NCBI GenBank assembly: GCA_050084515.1
Contig: CM114271.1
Span: 14,570,001-14,634,000 of the forward strand
Origin: Blasia pusilla
Lineage: Eukaryota
DNA: 64,000 bases
Reading direction: 5' to 3'
Numbering within the stretch: the stretch's first letter is position 1; each line of letters opens with the position of its first letter. Shown in pieces: positions 1 to 11,904 of this stretch. Under the pieces are notes generated by a model. It was given only the letters and a program-made list of their open reading frames with translations, ran no database searches and had not been told where the DNA came from. A program made the translations under genes and the position numbers.

Positions 1-545
1 TGAGCACCGCTCCTAACCCCAACATACTCCAATCCGAAAGGATCTATCCCCCAAATTGTCTTATTCCTGTCCTCCACTCGGATGGGCAATTGATGATAGT
101 CAGCGCGGAGATCCAAACAACTGAAGATCCTTGCATACCCCACTGCATCAAAGATCTCCTCGGGAGTAGGCATAGCAAAGCGATCGACCTTCGTATGCCG
201 ATTGATAAGATGGTAATCCCCACACGTCCACCTATCGGTCTATTGGCCATGCATGTCCTTCTTCACCGGCATAATTGTGGCACATGCATACTCTCCAAGC
301 AATCTCCACACAAGTCCAAAGTCAACCAAGTCTCGACTCCTACTCTAAATCAAGGCTCGCTACATGCCAGAATATGTGGAGGGTCGTCGAAAGATTGGAG
401 TATCACTATCCAACTCGATCCGAATACCTGGACACTTCATTGTACCCAAGTCGTGCATACTATATACAAAAAAGTCCTTGAATCTCCACAAGAACTGCAA
501 CACTCGTCTCCTCTCCGCTCTTGTCAACCTAGGACCTATCACCGA
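1..545 (-). pseudogene. Ty3/Gypsy reverse transcriptase, N-terminal part (stops and frameshifts)
   Basis: GIRIELDSDTPIFRRP, then YACATIMPVKKDMHGQ*TDRWTCGDYHLINRHTKVDRFAMPTP, then ARIFSCLDLRADYHQLPI. These match the conserved Gypsy RT motifs xKKD..R.C.DYR.LN and LDL..gYHQ. Confidence 0.88.
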
Positions 546-834
546 CTCCCAAGTTTCTCTCGTGACCTATGGAGAATCGGAGGGTGGTGGTTGCTAATTG
601 GAAACCTCTAGAGCAACAACATGCGCTCCCAACTCAGAGGCCAAATCTCTAGGGACTCCACTATGTCTTGCATCAACGAAATGAACTCCCGTCTCTCTAT
701 GCTCTCGTGATATGTCCCATGAAGTCCATGGATGCCTCTCCATCACCATTGCGCCCCCAGCCAGTGTCTCGCCCATCTCGGTAGACGTTGTGCTACAAAG
801 TGGATGTAATGTCACAGATGCCTCTCGCATCCGT

Positions 835-1815
835 TGTTGCTCAGCCAAACCAAGACTAAACACCCAAGTAAGACACTTCAGGTCCATAGTCTGACCCAAC
901 ACTTGTTTACGGGATGCCTCTGCCATCATAGGCACCATCGTTGTACCTCTAGAGAACCCCATAGCTTGCACTTGCTCGTGAGCATTGGGCTCCATCAGTG
1001 TACTTTCTTGTTCATGCCATATCATGCTTGGTCCTAGCTCCGACGAAAAGCATGAGATGATGGAAAACTCACCAACATAGGAAATGTTGCCCTTTGCTGG
1101 CCCACCCGATTGGCCACTGCCAACTATGGTACATCATCACCAGTAACAACTTGAGATCTCCGCCTTGGATCCAAGATCGCATCCACTATAAGTAGTGATA
1201 GTCTCTGGACTCCATTGTAAGCCCACCTTAGCAACTTGGATGGTAAAAGGTTCATCCACCACAATCGTGGAAGGTGTGCGCACAATCCAACACTCGCCGC
1301 ATCCAACATCACCGCCAATCCTATCCACGACCGCACTTGATGTACACTTTCCATCACTCAGGCTTGCGTGTGACCTAACAATGGGTCATTCTCTAAAATG
1401 TAGGTTGGAGAACATCGCTAGGTAGTCTACCAGTGTCGAAGAACTCGCAACATCTCCCAAAACATGGCCAACCTCGGGTCTTGCAAACCAAGTCCTCGAA
1501 CCGCCAAAGAATGACCCTAACATGGCCACCCTTCCACCACTAGGTGTATTAGACCAGCCCTATCCAGATCTAGTGCCCCCAACAACAAAATGTTGGCTGG
1601 AAATACATATTGATATCCCTTGACTGTAGACATTGGCAATAACGGAGGATACTGCAGGACTAGTTTCGACACATGATGTAATGAGATTCTACGTGCAGTC
1701 TCATCTCTTTCAAGATACAAGTACTGATGTACTTGTACTCTGGCCTACAACAATGCAGCCAATGATGTACTAATCCCTCCAAAGAGATCCAGTATACGTA
1801 CACTCTCCTCCGGAT
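835..1815 (-). pseudogene. Retrotransposon-encoded C5-cytosine DNA methyltransferase catalytic domain (pseudogenised)
   Basis: Motifs in canonical order: I VRILDLFGGIST (~1770-1803), II YLERDETARR, IV LVVEGWPC*G (catalytic PC, ~1515-1545), V LQDPR, VI YILENDP (~1383-1403), VIII AHLPRLWWMN (~1250-1285), IX-X EPNAHEQVQAMGF...RKQVLGQTMD (~880-995). Confidence 0.88.
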
Positions 1816-2189
1816 ATTGCCACACAATCAGTGTGGTGTACAAGGGTGTCAACGTCTCCACTCCTAGAGCACGTGGTAACTCTGTCCCGTCTCACTCTAG
1901 AGCATAAACTCGGCTCCACGCTTGCCTCATGAGCTCGTCTACTCTCCTCTGCAAATTGATGCTCGTTCCCCAAAAGCTGAAGAAGTGTCGCCAACAAATG
2001 TAGCCACGCTCGTCATTGCATGTCACTCCTCAAGACTATCCTCTACACGAATATCCTCTACATCGCCGTTCTCCTCCAATAAATCTCCAAGCCAACAGAA
2101 TGTGCCACAATAAGCAGCAACTGTTGTGGTCGACCCTTGGAGTGAACCATCAAGTCTCCTTGCATACTACACGGGTAGTTGATTGGCTC

Positions 2190-2700
2190 GTCCCTCACTT
2201 GATTGCCAACCTAGTCAATAGGATGTTGTCTCCTCCCAAAAGTCAAGTGTGAACCCTAGAGGATACAATGCAGTTGCCCCTACCAAAACATCATAAGACT
2301 CGGTCGGTATCACAACCACTCGCATCCGCACCATCGCACTATCCGTAGGATGATCAGGCTGAATCCTCACTACAATCTCATCGCGAGTCATGAATTGTGT
2401 CGGGGATGTGCCTCCCAGTGAAGTCTGAATCAAGAATGGACATGGAGTGATCTCACACTTCCGCAATCCCATTGCTACACATGCCGCCTTCCCTAACATA
2501 AGGGTTTGTGCTCCTGAATCAAGTAGCACTCTCTACGGTCGATACACGACTCCGGATGGACCAACCAACTGAAAAACTCCATCTTGGTTTTCCAAGACAA
2601 CAACTCTTGGTGAGACGGTTGCACGCTCTATTGCTGGTCTAGCTGGAAACTCCGCCACTTTAGCCGCTGCTACATGCCAACTCTCTGTAGACCTCATGGC
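2190..2700 (-). pseudogene. Retropepsin (aspartic protease) of the Gypsy element
   Basis: VLLDSGAQTLMLG (DSG active site) ... YDVLVGATALYPLGFTLDF (D-x-L-x-G motif); ORF 2215..2529. Confidence 0.85.
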
Positions 2701-2706
2701 GAGTCT

Positions 2707-4639
2707 TATTGAGAAAAAAGTGGTTTTAAAAGTTATAATTCAAATTTATGAGGCAACTCATACCGCTAATAGCTTGAAGTAGTTTTCTCTTGCGAATACT
2801 AAGGAATTCCGAGATATAGCCATTCAAATAGCCCAACTCATGGTATGTATAACTTCTTCTATGGTTCCATACAAGTATAGCAAGACCGATGGGCATTCCA
2901 AACGGTCTCTTTCTCGTCGAGTGCTATGCACCTCTCCCTCTGATCTTGTGCTACGCACCTACAATCAAGATGTTTTCTATGTTCCGATCATCCTTATGTA
3001 TATGCTCAACGGTGCTTCGTGCCTTTACTTATTTTATTACTGCGTTATATTATTCCGACAACCCCTTGTATCAGCTTGGATTCTGTCAGAAAATCGCGGG
3101 GCCTTGTCGGACAATATTTTGGTTTTGTGGTGTATGACAAAACAAAGTTCTTCTTTGCATAGACACCATGACTTTTCGTTCTGCTAGTACTAAGAACGTG
3201 ACGCCTAGTAATTGGGGTATTATAATTCCAAGTATCTTAGCGACAAGACCAATTAGATAACTTCTCATATTTTTTGGCTTTAAGATGGCTTATCAAAAGC
3301 TTTCTCAGGAGCGCGTGTCACACATGGAATTATTAGGAAATAGTCTATAAAGGACGTGTATTATTTTTCCTCATAGATTTCGTCCCAAGCACTTGCTCCA
3401 AGGGTACCTCTGCCACATCTCCTATGCGAGTCCCGACACTAGAACAACCAAACTCATCACTTTCATAGAGCATCGCCGCCAACCGGAAAACCTCAGCTCG
3501 TCAACCTCCACATGTGAACAAATCTTTGGCCGTAAATAGTGGGACGCTACATAAAGCCGTCACCATGTCTCGTAACATGCTAGTATTAGGTTGTGTCGAA
3601 TGCTGCATAGGTCTGGTAGATGTACTCGCCTAACATGCTTCTCTAATTGAAGCGGCATCTGCGACAACAACACTTGTCGCGACCCTCATGACCAAACAAG
3701 TGCCAAGCGGAACATCGGAACATGAGCAGGCTCACGCTAAGATGGTTTGCGCGTTGGAGTTGTCTCAAAGAAGAGACAAGAGACAAGACGCGAGCGAGGA
3801 GTCGCGTTTCAGGTGTTATGGTCGCGACTGAGAAACCTGGACCAAACGCGGAATGAGACTTGAAAGAAGTCGAGTCTAGGAAGTGGGTTGCCAAAAGGAA
3901 GATCCGGATTTGGAACGCCACTAGCGTTTGAGAGTTTCCTACTATATTTATGGCCATAACTTTTAGCGCCAAGATGCATTTGGAGCAAATAAGGGTGCAT
4001 TGGAAAGCTTATGGAGAGCCGGTCCAAACGCACAAAGATCGCTGCAAACGCATAAGCAGCGGCCGAGATACAACCCGAAAATGACTGTAAGTGGAGTCGG
4101 GTTGAGGGCCACAATGAAGGGCCCGACCCTCTTTTCCCAAAGAGGAGGGGTTATTGGAGAACCCCAGAAGTACTAGTAAGGGGGAAGGTCTCCGAGAGTG
4201 CTTGGAACCCAAACCCCACTTTGGGCGCCGCGGGGCGGCTTAAGGGCATGGAATGGAACGCGAGTTTGGGCGTTGGGTTGGAAAACCTGCACCAAGTCCA
4301 TTGAGGCGATTTTAGACATCCCTCTTGGTACTCACACCGCGACTCAATTACTTGGGTCTCGGTTCGGAACTCACCCGAGGACCGTTGAACAGTTGGGATC
4401 GCTAGGCGCGCAAGGGCCGTTTCAGATCCCTGGACTAACCAGGAAGTCTGTTCCAAGTCTTGAAGGACTTGCCATGTTTTGGAAGCTAGGAACTAAGGAA
4501 GGTTGAGCTTGAGGAGACGCCGAGTTGAGGACTCGGTGGGTTGGAATGCCGGTTGACCTAAACCCGACTAACGAGAGTGCGTGTTTGGGTGCAGATCGGC
4601 GATGAGTTCGTGACCTACTGAACGCACGCTTCCGCAATA
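2707..4639. mobile_element. ~1.9 kb non-coding, LTR-like insertion interrupting gag-pol
   Basis: The gag-pol reading stops abruptly on both sides. The insert starts TATTG and ends CAATA (inverted termini). No TSD was found, so the boundaries are tentative and it may be composite. Confidence 0.45.
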
Positions 4640-6270
4640 CTAAAGATTGACGTTCAAGGATAGTAGGGGCGCGACAACACTCCTCAAAGGCCGTAGATGG
4701 GGTCCGAAGAGCCTTCGACAATATGAAAGATTGGGGAAGTCTAGCTTGTCTGCCAGCTTCTCCCCTATGGGGATCCAACTTCACATCGGATCCTCGTGGC
4801 TCAAAAGCTCTCACTGTGTCTCTCGTAACCATTGCATCGGCATCCACTTGTGCGTTGTTGCACAAAAATCCCATACCTCCTAGATCTCCCACCATATCCT
4901 AGGCTTGAGCAGATCTAGAAGTTGACGTGCCCCATGAACCTGATGTAGATGCCTGCTTGGCCGTCATCACCTGAAGGCGTTGCTCCAACTGAACAATCCT
5001 TGCCAAAGTTGCCTCTGATGTAAGTGATGCACTTGCTCTGGCAGGTGGTGGGGTCCTACCTCCACCATGTCCTCGACCTCCTACACCTCGGCCTCTACCA
5101 CGTCCAGGTCCTTGACCTCCCTCTAGGCGCAGCTCGGGGTGGAGCTCGAAACATCTCTCGCGTGTTTTGCCCATATCTCTGGCAATGATCACACTAAGTT
5201 AAGGGTGGTCTCCCCTAGGCCGTCTCACATACAGTTCATGGTGTTGCTTGCAATCCACTCTACTATTTACAATCTCGCTCACGATGTGATCCTCCACACG
5301 TCCAACAAGAAATACCTGAGCCTTGTTGCCCAACATATGACTAAATTGATCGTGGTCCTAGCTCCCGATATCCTCATGTAGCCCTTGATCCCATGACTCT
5401 ATCTCGACTAGTGCGCTGTGGTATTGATGGAGACACCGTCACTCATGTCGTCTCCTTCAAAGATGACGTGCCTATCGTCAAAACTCTCTCCTCAAGTACG
5501 TTGAGCTCAATCCACTCTGCCAACAAAAATACAGACTTGAGAGTAGGCAAACCAACATGTAAGAGAGTTGCATCTCGCACTCTCTTGCAAAATTCTCGGT
5601 CTAGCATCGCATACCAAAATTGAATCGCTCGCACCTCCGTCACATCGTGAGTCATTGTAATCAATCGTCAAAGCCGTGCATAGGCCTCTCAAAGACCCTC
5701 CCCCGCTCTCCGTTGAAACTCATGAATTGACTCTAGCTTGTCGGTCCTCATCCCCTCGTAGTTCCTCCCCAACTCTTGGAAGAACTCAACCAACGGGTTG
5801 AACGCGGGTGGTATACGGCTGGTCACACTCGTAAGACTCCGGTCGACAACTCCTCGAAGTGTCTCCTCCATGCGGTTAGTGGGTGCTATTGTAGGCGCCA
5901 CATCATACATCGCACGCCCTATGAGGGACACATATCCTGGAGACCAAAATAATCTCCACGCCTCGATCTCTACCTCATGGAGAATCCAAAAGTCGTGATA
6001 ATCATCCACGGGAGGGCCCTACAGATGCTCAAAAAGTCCCTTCCATGCCATAACGGGGTCGAATCTCTATTGGTTCTGCATCCTCTATGCATCACACCAA
6101 CTATCAAATTCCTCCATAAAATCATCCAACTCGATGGTTTCCACCTTGAGACTTATCGGGGTCCCCTCATGGACCCATACATATCGCGATCGTTCATGTC
6201 CTACAACAACGGTGTGGCGACACTCGTTGGCCTCTCCAGTAACTCAAAATCCATTGACGTTACCTCAGGA
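4640..6270 (-). pseudogene. Gag of the DNMT-bearing Gypsy element
   Basis: Capsid-like segment KLESIHEFQRRAGE, zinc knuckle CWTCGGSHRERDC (~5268-5310), second knuckle remnant RERCFELHPEL, and a GRGRGRG low-complexity tract. Confidence 0.75.
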
Positions 6271-7127
6271 GGAGGAGCGGTAAGAGGAGAGGAAGAGAGG
6301 AGAGAGGAGAGAGGAGAGAGGAAGAGAGGAGAGGAAACTAGGGTCAACCAAAATAGATACTTTTTTTTGGAGAGAGTTTCCGTTGGGTTGAAGAGAGGAA
6401 AATTTTTGTTTGAAATTTTTTGCACTTTTTTGTTCATATATTAAGCAGTCCCACAGTTTTTTTTTTCCTCTTCCATATTTTGGCAACCCCTCTGAGTCCG
6501 ACGAGTTGCAAATTGCACAAAATTTAGAAAACTGAAAAATCAGTGGAATCATAAGTGTGGAACCAATCACTTTTTCCATCCAAGGTCTGGAAAAATCATC
6601 ATTTGCCCGGGCTGAATAGAGTTCAAGCTCAAAGTGAAGGTTGAGAAAAAAATAAAAGTACAATCTAAAACCTCATTTTGCATCCTCAAAGTGGTTTGTT
6701 TAAAATACTTCGAACTTCTTTAAGGGACAGAATTGGTTGGTGGATTCCTAGTCCTACCTCCGACTCTCTTAAAACTACCAGCAACACATAGTACATGTGC
6801 TTACAAGGGAAATACCTTTTGCCACTTGTCTCTCTTTGGACAAAGTCATCACATGAACATGTGGGAAATCAACAGATGTGCACCACATACACCCCTGTGA
6901 CACTTGAATTTACAGTGTTGTTCCTGACCCAATACATCCTACATATTCCATTGCCACTCAAGACATCTTTCGTGGCGATGATCTCCATTTTTTCCTCCCG
7001 AGCTGATGCAATTCGCTTTGCTCTCTCCACCGTTGGCTTTGCACATTCTATTTCTCTTCACCCCATTTCTAGACTCAAACAGAAATAATGGATTGAGATC
7101 ATCCACCTTCTCCGGTACATGTTGACA

Positions 7128-10100
7128 TCAATCTTGGGTTGAATACGAAATGCGAAGTCTCTCAGAATGCTGAACATGCTCCGAACTTCCCCTGTCTACG
7201 AGTCTTAAACGGGCACTTGTAAGATTGTCCACTTCGTCTTGAGTGCAGTTCGTGCCTGCAGCGATGGGCCAAATCGTGGGGGTATTCCCGGGAGCTCCAA
7301 TGGCAACCGGATAAGACTTCCGGAAAGCGCAAGATTCATTTGGGCAGAAGAAGTACTTCAATTGATCCCTGGTCCTCGTGAAACGATCAAAGGTTTTGAG
7401 TCCCCAAAACCCAGGCAAGTGGTTGTCCATCCTTGTACGATTCTTATTTAGGAAAGTGCCGCATGCTCTCCTAATGCCATCAGATCCTGCCTGCAAGTGG
7501 GTCCACATCCTGGGTTGCTCGAGATATATGCCACCGTTTTAGGTTGCAATCCACCTCCATTACGAGAATCCCATATTGTTGAACCACCCCAAAGGTGACG
7601 GAGGATCTGCGAACTTCCAAAGAACGGAGGGCTTTTGAAATAAAACATTCACTGATTTTGAAGAAGTAACTCCATCACGGATTTGGGACGGGTCCTGGGT
7701 CCCCGAATACCTGGGCGGCGTAATTTCCTCATCCAAATCAATCACCAGATTCGTTTCTCGATGCTGCCTCTTCACCTGCCTGAAGTCAAGATACTTATCT
7801 GGTCTCCACGAGTCTCGCTCGGACTGCTCTACCACCATCTGTATGGGACGTCTTGAAACCCGCCCACGAATATCCCCGCCAATGTGTAAGTCTTGCTCGA
7901 GCGGAGTTCCAGCTACGCACCGGTTGAAGGCTTCCACATACATTTTTTCATCACGAGATCTCACAGCCGCCCTGACATAGAACTCGTAGATCGACGGCCC
8001 CTTTCCTTTTGTTATGCCTTTTGTGAGGAAGATATGGGATGCTGCAGACTGTAGCATTGCTCTTGCCTGGTCTTGTTGGCATGCCTCCACAAGTGAAATT
8101 CGTTGGCATGCTTGTGACCACCTCCAGGAGGAATGAACACTTTCTGCTCCACTTGTGTTGGGGCAGAGGGAATTTTCATGAACGTTCAATCCCTGCAACG
8201 ACGGCAATGTTAGAAGGGAACGAAAATAACTCAGCAGTCAAAGACATAAGCTACCTGTCGGAACCAGATGGGTTACAAGGCCGAGGAATCTCATGAACGA
8301 CTCTGCAACCCGTCGGGTCCTGACGTGTTGCAACCCTAAACCCACCTACTGCAACCCGTCGGATTCAGACGGGTTGCAAGGCCGAGGCATGCCATGAACG
8401 ACTCTGCGACCCGTCGGGTCCCGACGGGTTGCACACTCGGGCAACCCGTCGCATCCGACAGCTTGCTTGGTTTCTTGGGTTTGAAATCCATATAGTTCCC
8501 ACGCTTCTCACCATGAGCTACAACTTTACAAACAATTCTCAGCGTGAGCTTGACAAGACAAAATAGTGAACTCACCTGCCGCATGAAGTTTCCCCATTGT
8601 CTCATACGTACAGTCCACCAACTCAACCAAGAGCACAACTCTTTGTACTTCCCCTCAATCGCATGCTTCCTCCACCTCCCATGAAGTTCTTCCTGGCATT
8701 CCATGGCATGCTTCAAGGTTTTGTTGTCCTTGCAGCGTTGGAGTATAGTCACATGCTCTGTCCTCTTATTCTCCTTGATGCAAGATTTGGTGTACCGGGT
8801 CACAGACTGTTGCCAATGGAAAGCATCTGACCTTTCCCTCTCTGGTTGAACCTCTCCACCCCAGAACACTTCCCGGATAGCAATCCACCCAGGTTGTGCA
8901 TTGTCCGCCATGAACCCATAAATTTCCGGAGGTGGCCTTTTGTTTTCCTTCACCACCTCCAATAAGAGTAACCAACACATCTTCAAACTCCCAACGTCTT
9001 CTGCCTTTACTTCACAGACAAATATAGTTTTGAGTCCCTTCTCCACATGGTCATAAACGTGAGCACCCATCGTCAACCATCCGTTCAAAGACTCAGAGCA
9101 AATATCAAAGCTTACCCGGCTCGTAAAGATCTTCCCCTTCCCTCATTCGATCTATAAGATCGAGGCCACTCGACGGACCTATGGTTGACATTTTGAAGAC
9201 ATAGGCCCAGGATCCTTCGCCTCCTTGGCCCATGAACTGCCATCTCTGAATGAATGGAAATCTGGAGTTGGCCTTGATTATGGCGATGGCATCCATTTCA
9301 GCCGTCTTTCCATCCAAAACTCATATTTGACGCAGCAAATTTCGGAAGCATTCAGGATCAGTGAGAAATGCGAGATTCTCCCAGAGTTGTTTCTCCTCAA
9401 CCGCCGTAATCTCGCCCTGTCCCGGGATTCCAAGCAATTGTTCACAAATTTGTGATGCCGTTGTGAGCTTGATCACTCCGGGCTTTGAACCCGGAGAGTT
9501 TCTGTAGACTTCGGCTACTTTCTTCGCCACATCCTCCTTGATGTGTCTTTGAATTGCATCGGTCACAAGATGAGTGTGGGAGCCAACATGAACTGCCAGC
9601 CTTGTGTACTTTGACGTGGAGCCAAAGTTATGGACAATGAAAAATATGTATGCAGGACACGCTCCAACGCAGAATGGCGATGCCTGACAATGAGGACATC
9701 GATGGCCTCCCGGCGGTATGGTGGCACCGACCTCGTATGGAGTTTCTGCATTCTTGGGAAGGAATTGCGACGTATTGACTCGCTCGTTGCGCTCTAGATA
9801 CGGGCATGCTGGACTTCTACACTCCAAGGCTCCCACGCATTGGCGGCAGGAGACAATCCAAGGACCATCTGGAATTGAAGCATTGGTCCGTTGAAGCCTG
9901 CACCATCGATGACAATCAGACTTTCTGTCCATACCCTTCAAGCGTCCTCCATCCTTCTTTTGAGCAGGAGCAGCAAGTGGAGGTAACTCAAAAATGCAAT
10001 TACCATCGTACGTGGGCGGCAGCTCGTCGACAAGAATGTGCTTGAATATTTTCAAGGCCAAAGACGAAAGCAAACTATTGCCGGATACTCGCAAGAGGAA

Positions 10101-10372
10101 CGAGTAGGCGGATAGAGGGTCCGATTGGTGTCCGACAGATCCACTGAGGTTGATAACATCGGGAATCTCTTCAAGAAGAACATTATTCTGGCGTGCATGC
10201 GGTTGGAGTCGGCCGGATCTGCAGAGCTTGGAGTTGCAAACGTAGAGCTCGGAGCACTAGGAAATTCTAGACCGTCCACTTGGGAAACAGACGAGTTCAG
10301 GGGCAGGCCGTAAACTCTATATTGACCATTTGGTAGAGGTAGGAGATTCCATACTTTACGGTCTGAGGTCAC
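7128..10372 (-). pseudogene. MULE-type transposase with N-terminal GCM/WRKY-like Zn-binding domain (frameshifts; intron 8193-8575)
   Basis: Cys/His domain CRQCVGALECRSPACPY...RCPHC...HVGSHTH (9321-10094). Candidate catalytic residues: D1 in RVSFDIC (~9100, after a frameshift), D2 in GFMADNA...AIREVF...AFHWQQS, and E in PNTSGAESVH after splicing a phase-0 GT-AG intron. Ends in a Cys-containing C-terminal tail. Confidence 0.8.
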
Positions 10373-11575
10373 TGGCTGGACCGTCTCATCTATTATGTCT
10401 CCGTATCGTCCACCCTAACATCTTTGGATACAAAGATGGTTCCAATTGGAGAAGAAATCGAATGCATGTAAAATTTTCATCCACTTTGCTATGAAAGACT
10501 CACGAGCTTGGGGTCGAATGATTTACGATTGAGGAAGGGGCCAGATGATAGCGCCACAAGTGAGCTTATCATAATTATCCATTCCAAGAAGATTCCAACG
10601 GGAGGAGACTGAGAATGAGAATGAGAATGAGAATTAATTTATAGTGAATAGGAAACAGATACTCTCGATGATTTTTCTTGACAAGATGAATTCGGTGGGT
10701 GACATTTATGCGACACAATGGATCCAATTCTGTAACACATTCAATTCTGTTGCAATATGTTACCGTATTTGGGAAGCAGAGGGTTGCGCATCACACTTGG
10801 AACCCGTCGGAGTCCTGGTAACTCAAAAATTACCCGAAGCTAACCGAAGCCTGCAACCCGTCGGCATTGGAACGGTTGCACGGTTCTGCTAAACATTGTC
10901 AAAGCGAGCAACCTGTCGCTCTCCGACGAGTTGCTCGGATACGGCTCCTTCTTGCCCGAAGATGCCGGAGGCGTGCAAACCGTCTGTTCCCGACGAGTTC
11001 CGCGGGTGCCTCACCTTTTTGCCCAAAGACGGCAAGGCGTGCAACCTGTCGCCCTCCAACGGGTTGCGCAAAGTCCTCGCCTTGTGGTGCAGCCAGCCGG
11101 ACTCCGACGACTTGCACAGGAAGCCCTCCTTCTTAACCCTTGATGAGGGAAGCGTGCAACCCAACGGTCTCCGACGGATTGCCCAAGATACGTCCCGTTC
11201 CCGTCCCAAACACGGCGGAGGCGCGCAACATGTCGATCTCCGACGGGTTGCGCGGGTACCTCGCGTTCTTTTCTGAAGACGACGGAGGCGCTCAACCCTT
11301 TGGTCTCTGACGGGTTGATCCCGCACGTGGCAACCTACCCAGGATGGCGGAGGCGCGCAACATGTCGGTCTCCGACGGGTTGCGCGGGTACCTCGCGTTC
11401 TTTTCCGAAGATGACGGAGGCGCTCAACTCGTCGGTCTCCGACGGGTTGCTCGCGCACGTGGTGACGTACCCAGGATGGCGGAGCCGCGCAACCTGTTGG
11501 ACTCAGACGGGTTGCGATTTTTCACGTCCGGACTTCCGTAACATCCGGCACGTCGCCGTCTAAAGAACGACGGGA

Positions 11576-11612
11576 CCCAACGGTCAGCCCAACGGCTAGA
11601 AAAGTATAAATA
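11576..11612 (+). promoter_or_regulatory. Core promoter of the ParB-MTase gene: two tandem MSA-like elements plus TATA box
   Basis: CCCAACGGTCA (11576-11586) and CCCAACGGCTA (11588-11598) both match the MSA consensus YCYAACGGYYA. TATAAATA at 11605-11612 is followed by a pyrimidine-rich initiator region, ~300 bp before ATG 11905. Confidence 0.65.
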
Positions 11613-11904
11613 GGGCAGAAATCGCTCATTTCCGGTTTCTCATTTCGCGATCTTCATTCCTCACTCTCCCGCGCAGCAGCTGATCAGATACGAAGGGGCA
11701 TTTCACACGGCGACACATCGCGAGTCAATAGGAGGGAACGAGAGCGAGACGGTTCGACCGAACGACAATGAGACGGTTCGACTGAGCAATCGCGGGACGA
11801 TTCGAGCTACCCATCAAGGCGATTCAAGCTCCCCATCTTGACATCAACAAGGCGACTGATCAAGGGATTTGTCGTGGACATAGGTGGAGGCATTTCCGGA
11901 AAAA

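Noticed and set aside
835-1815. Host DRM/DNMT3/CMT gene or bacterial contamination
   Set aside because: Intronless, embedded between retroviral-type protease and RT, repeated in a second TE copy, and with non-permuted motif order (unlike DRM).
10867-11563. Many overlapping ORFs on both strands
   Set aside because: They are by-products of GC-rich palindromic repeats (QPVG/ATRR peptides) with no protein signature.
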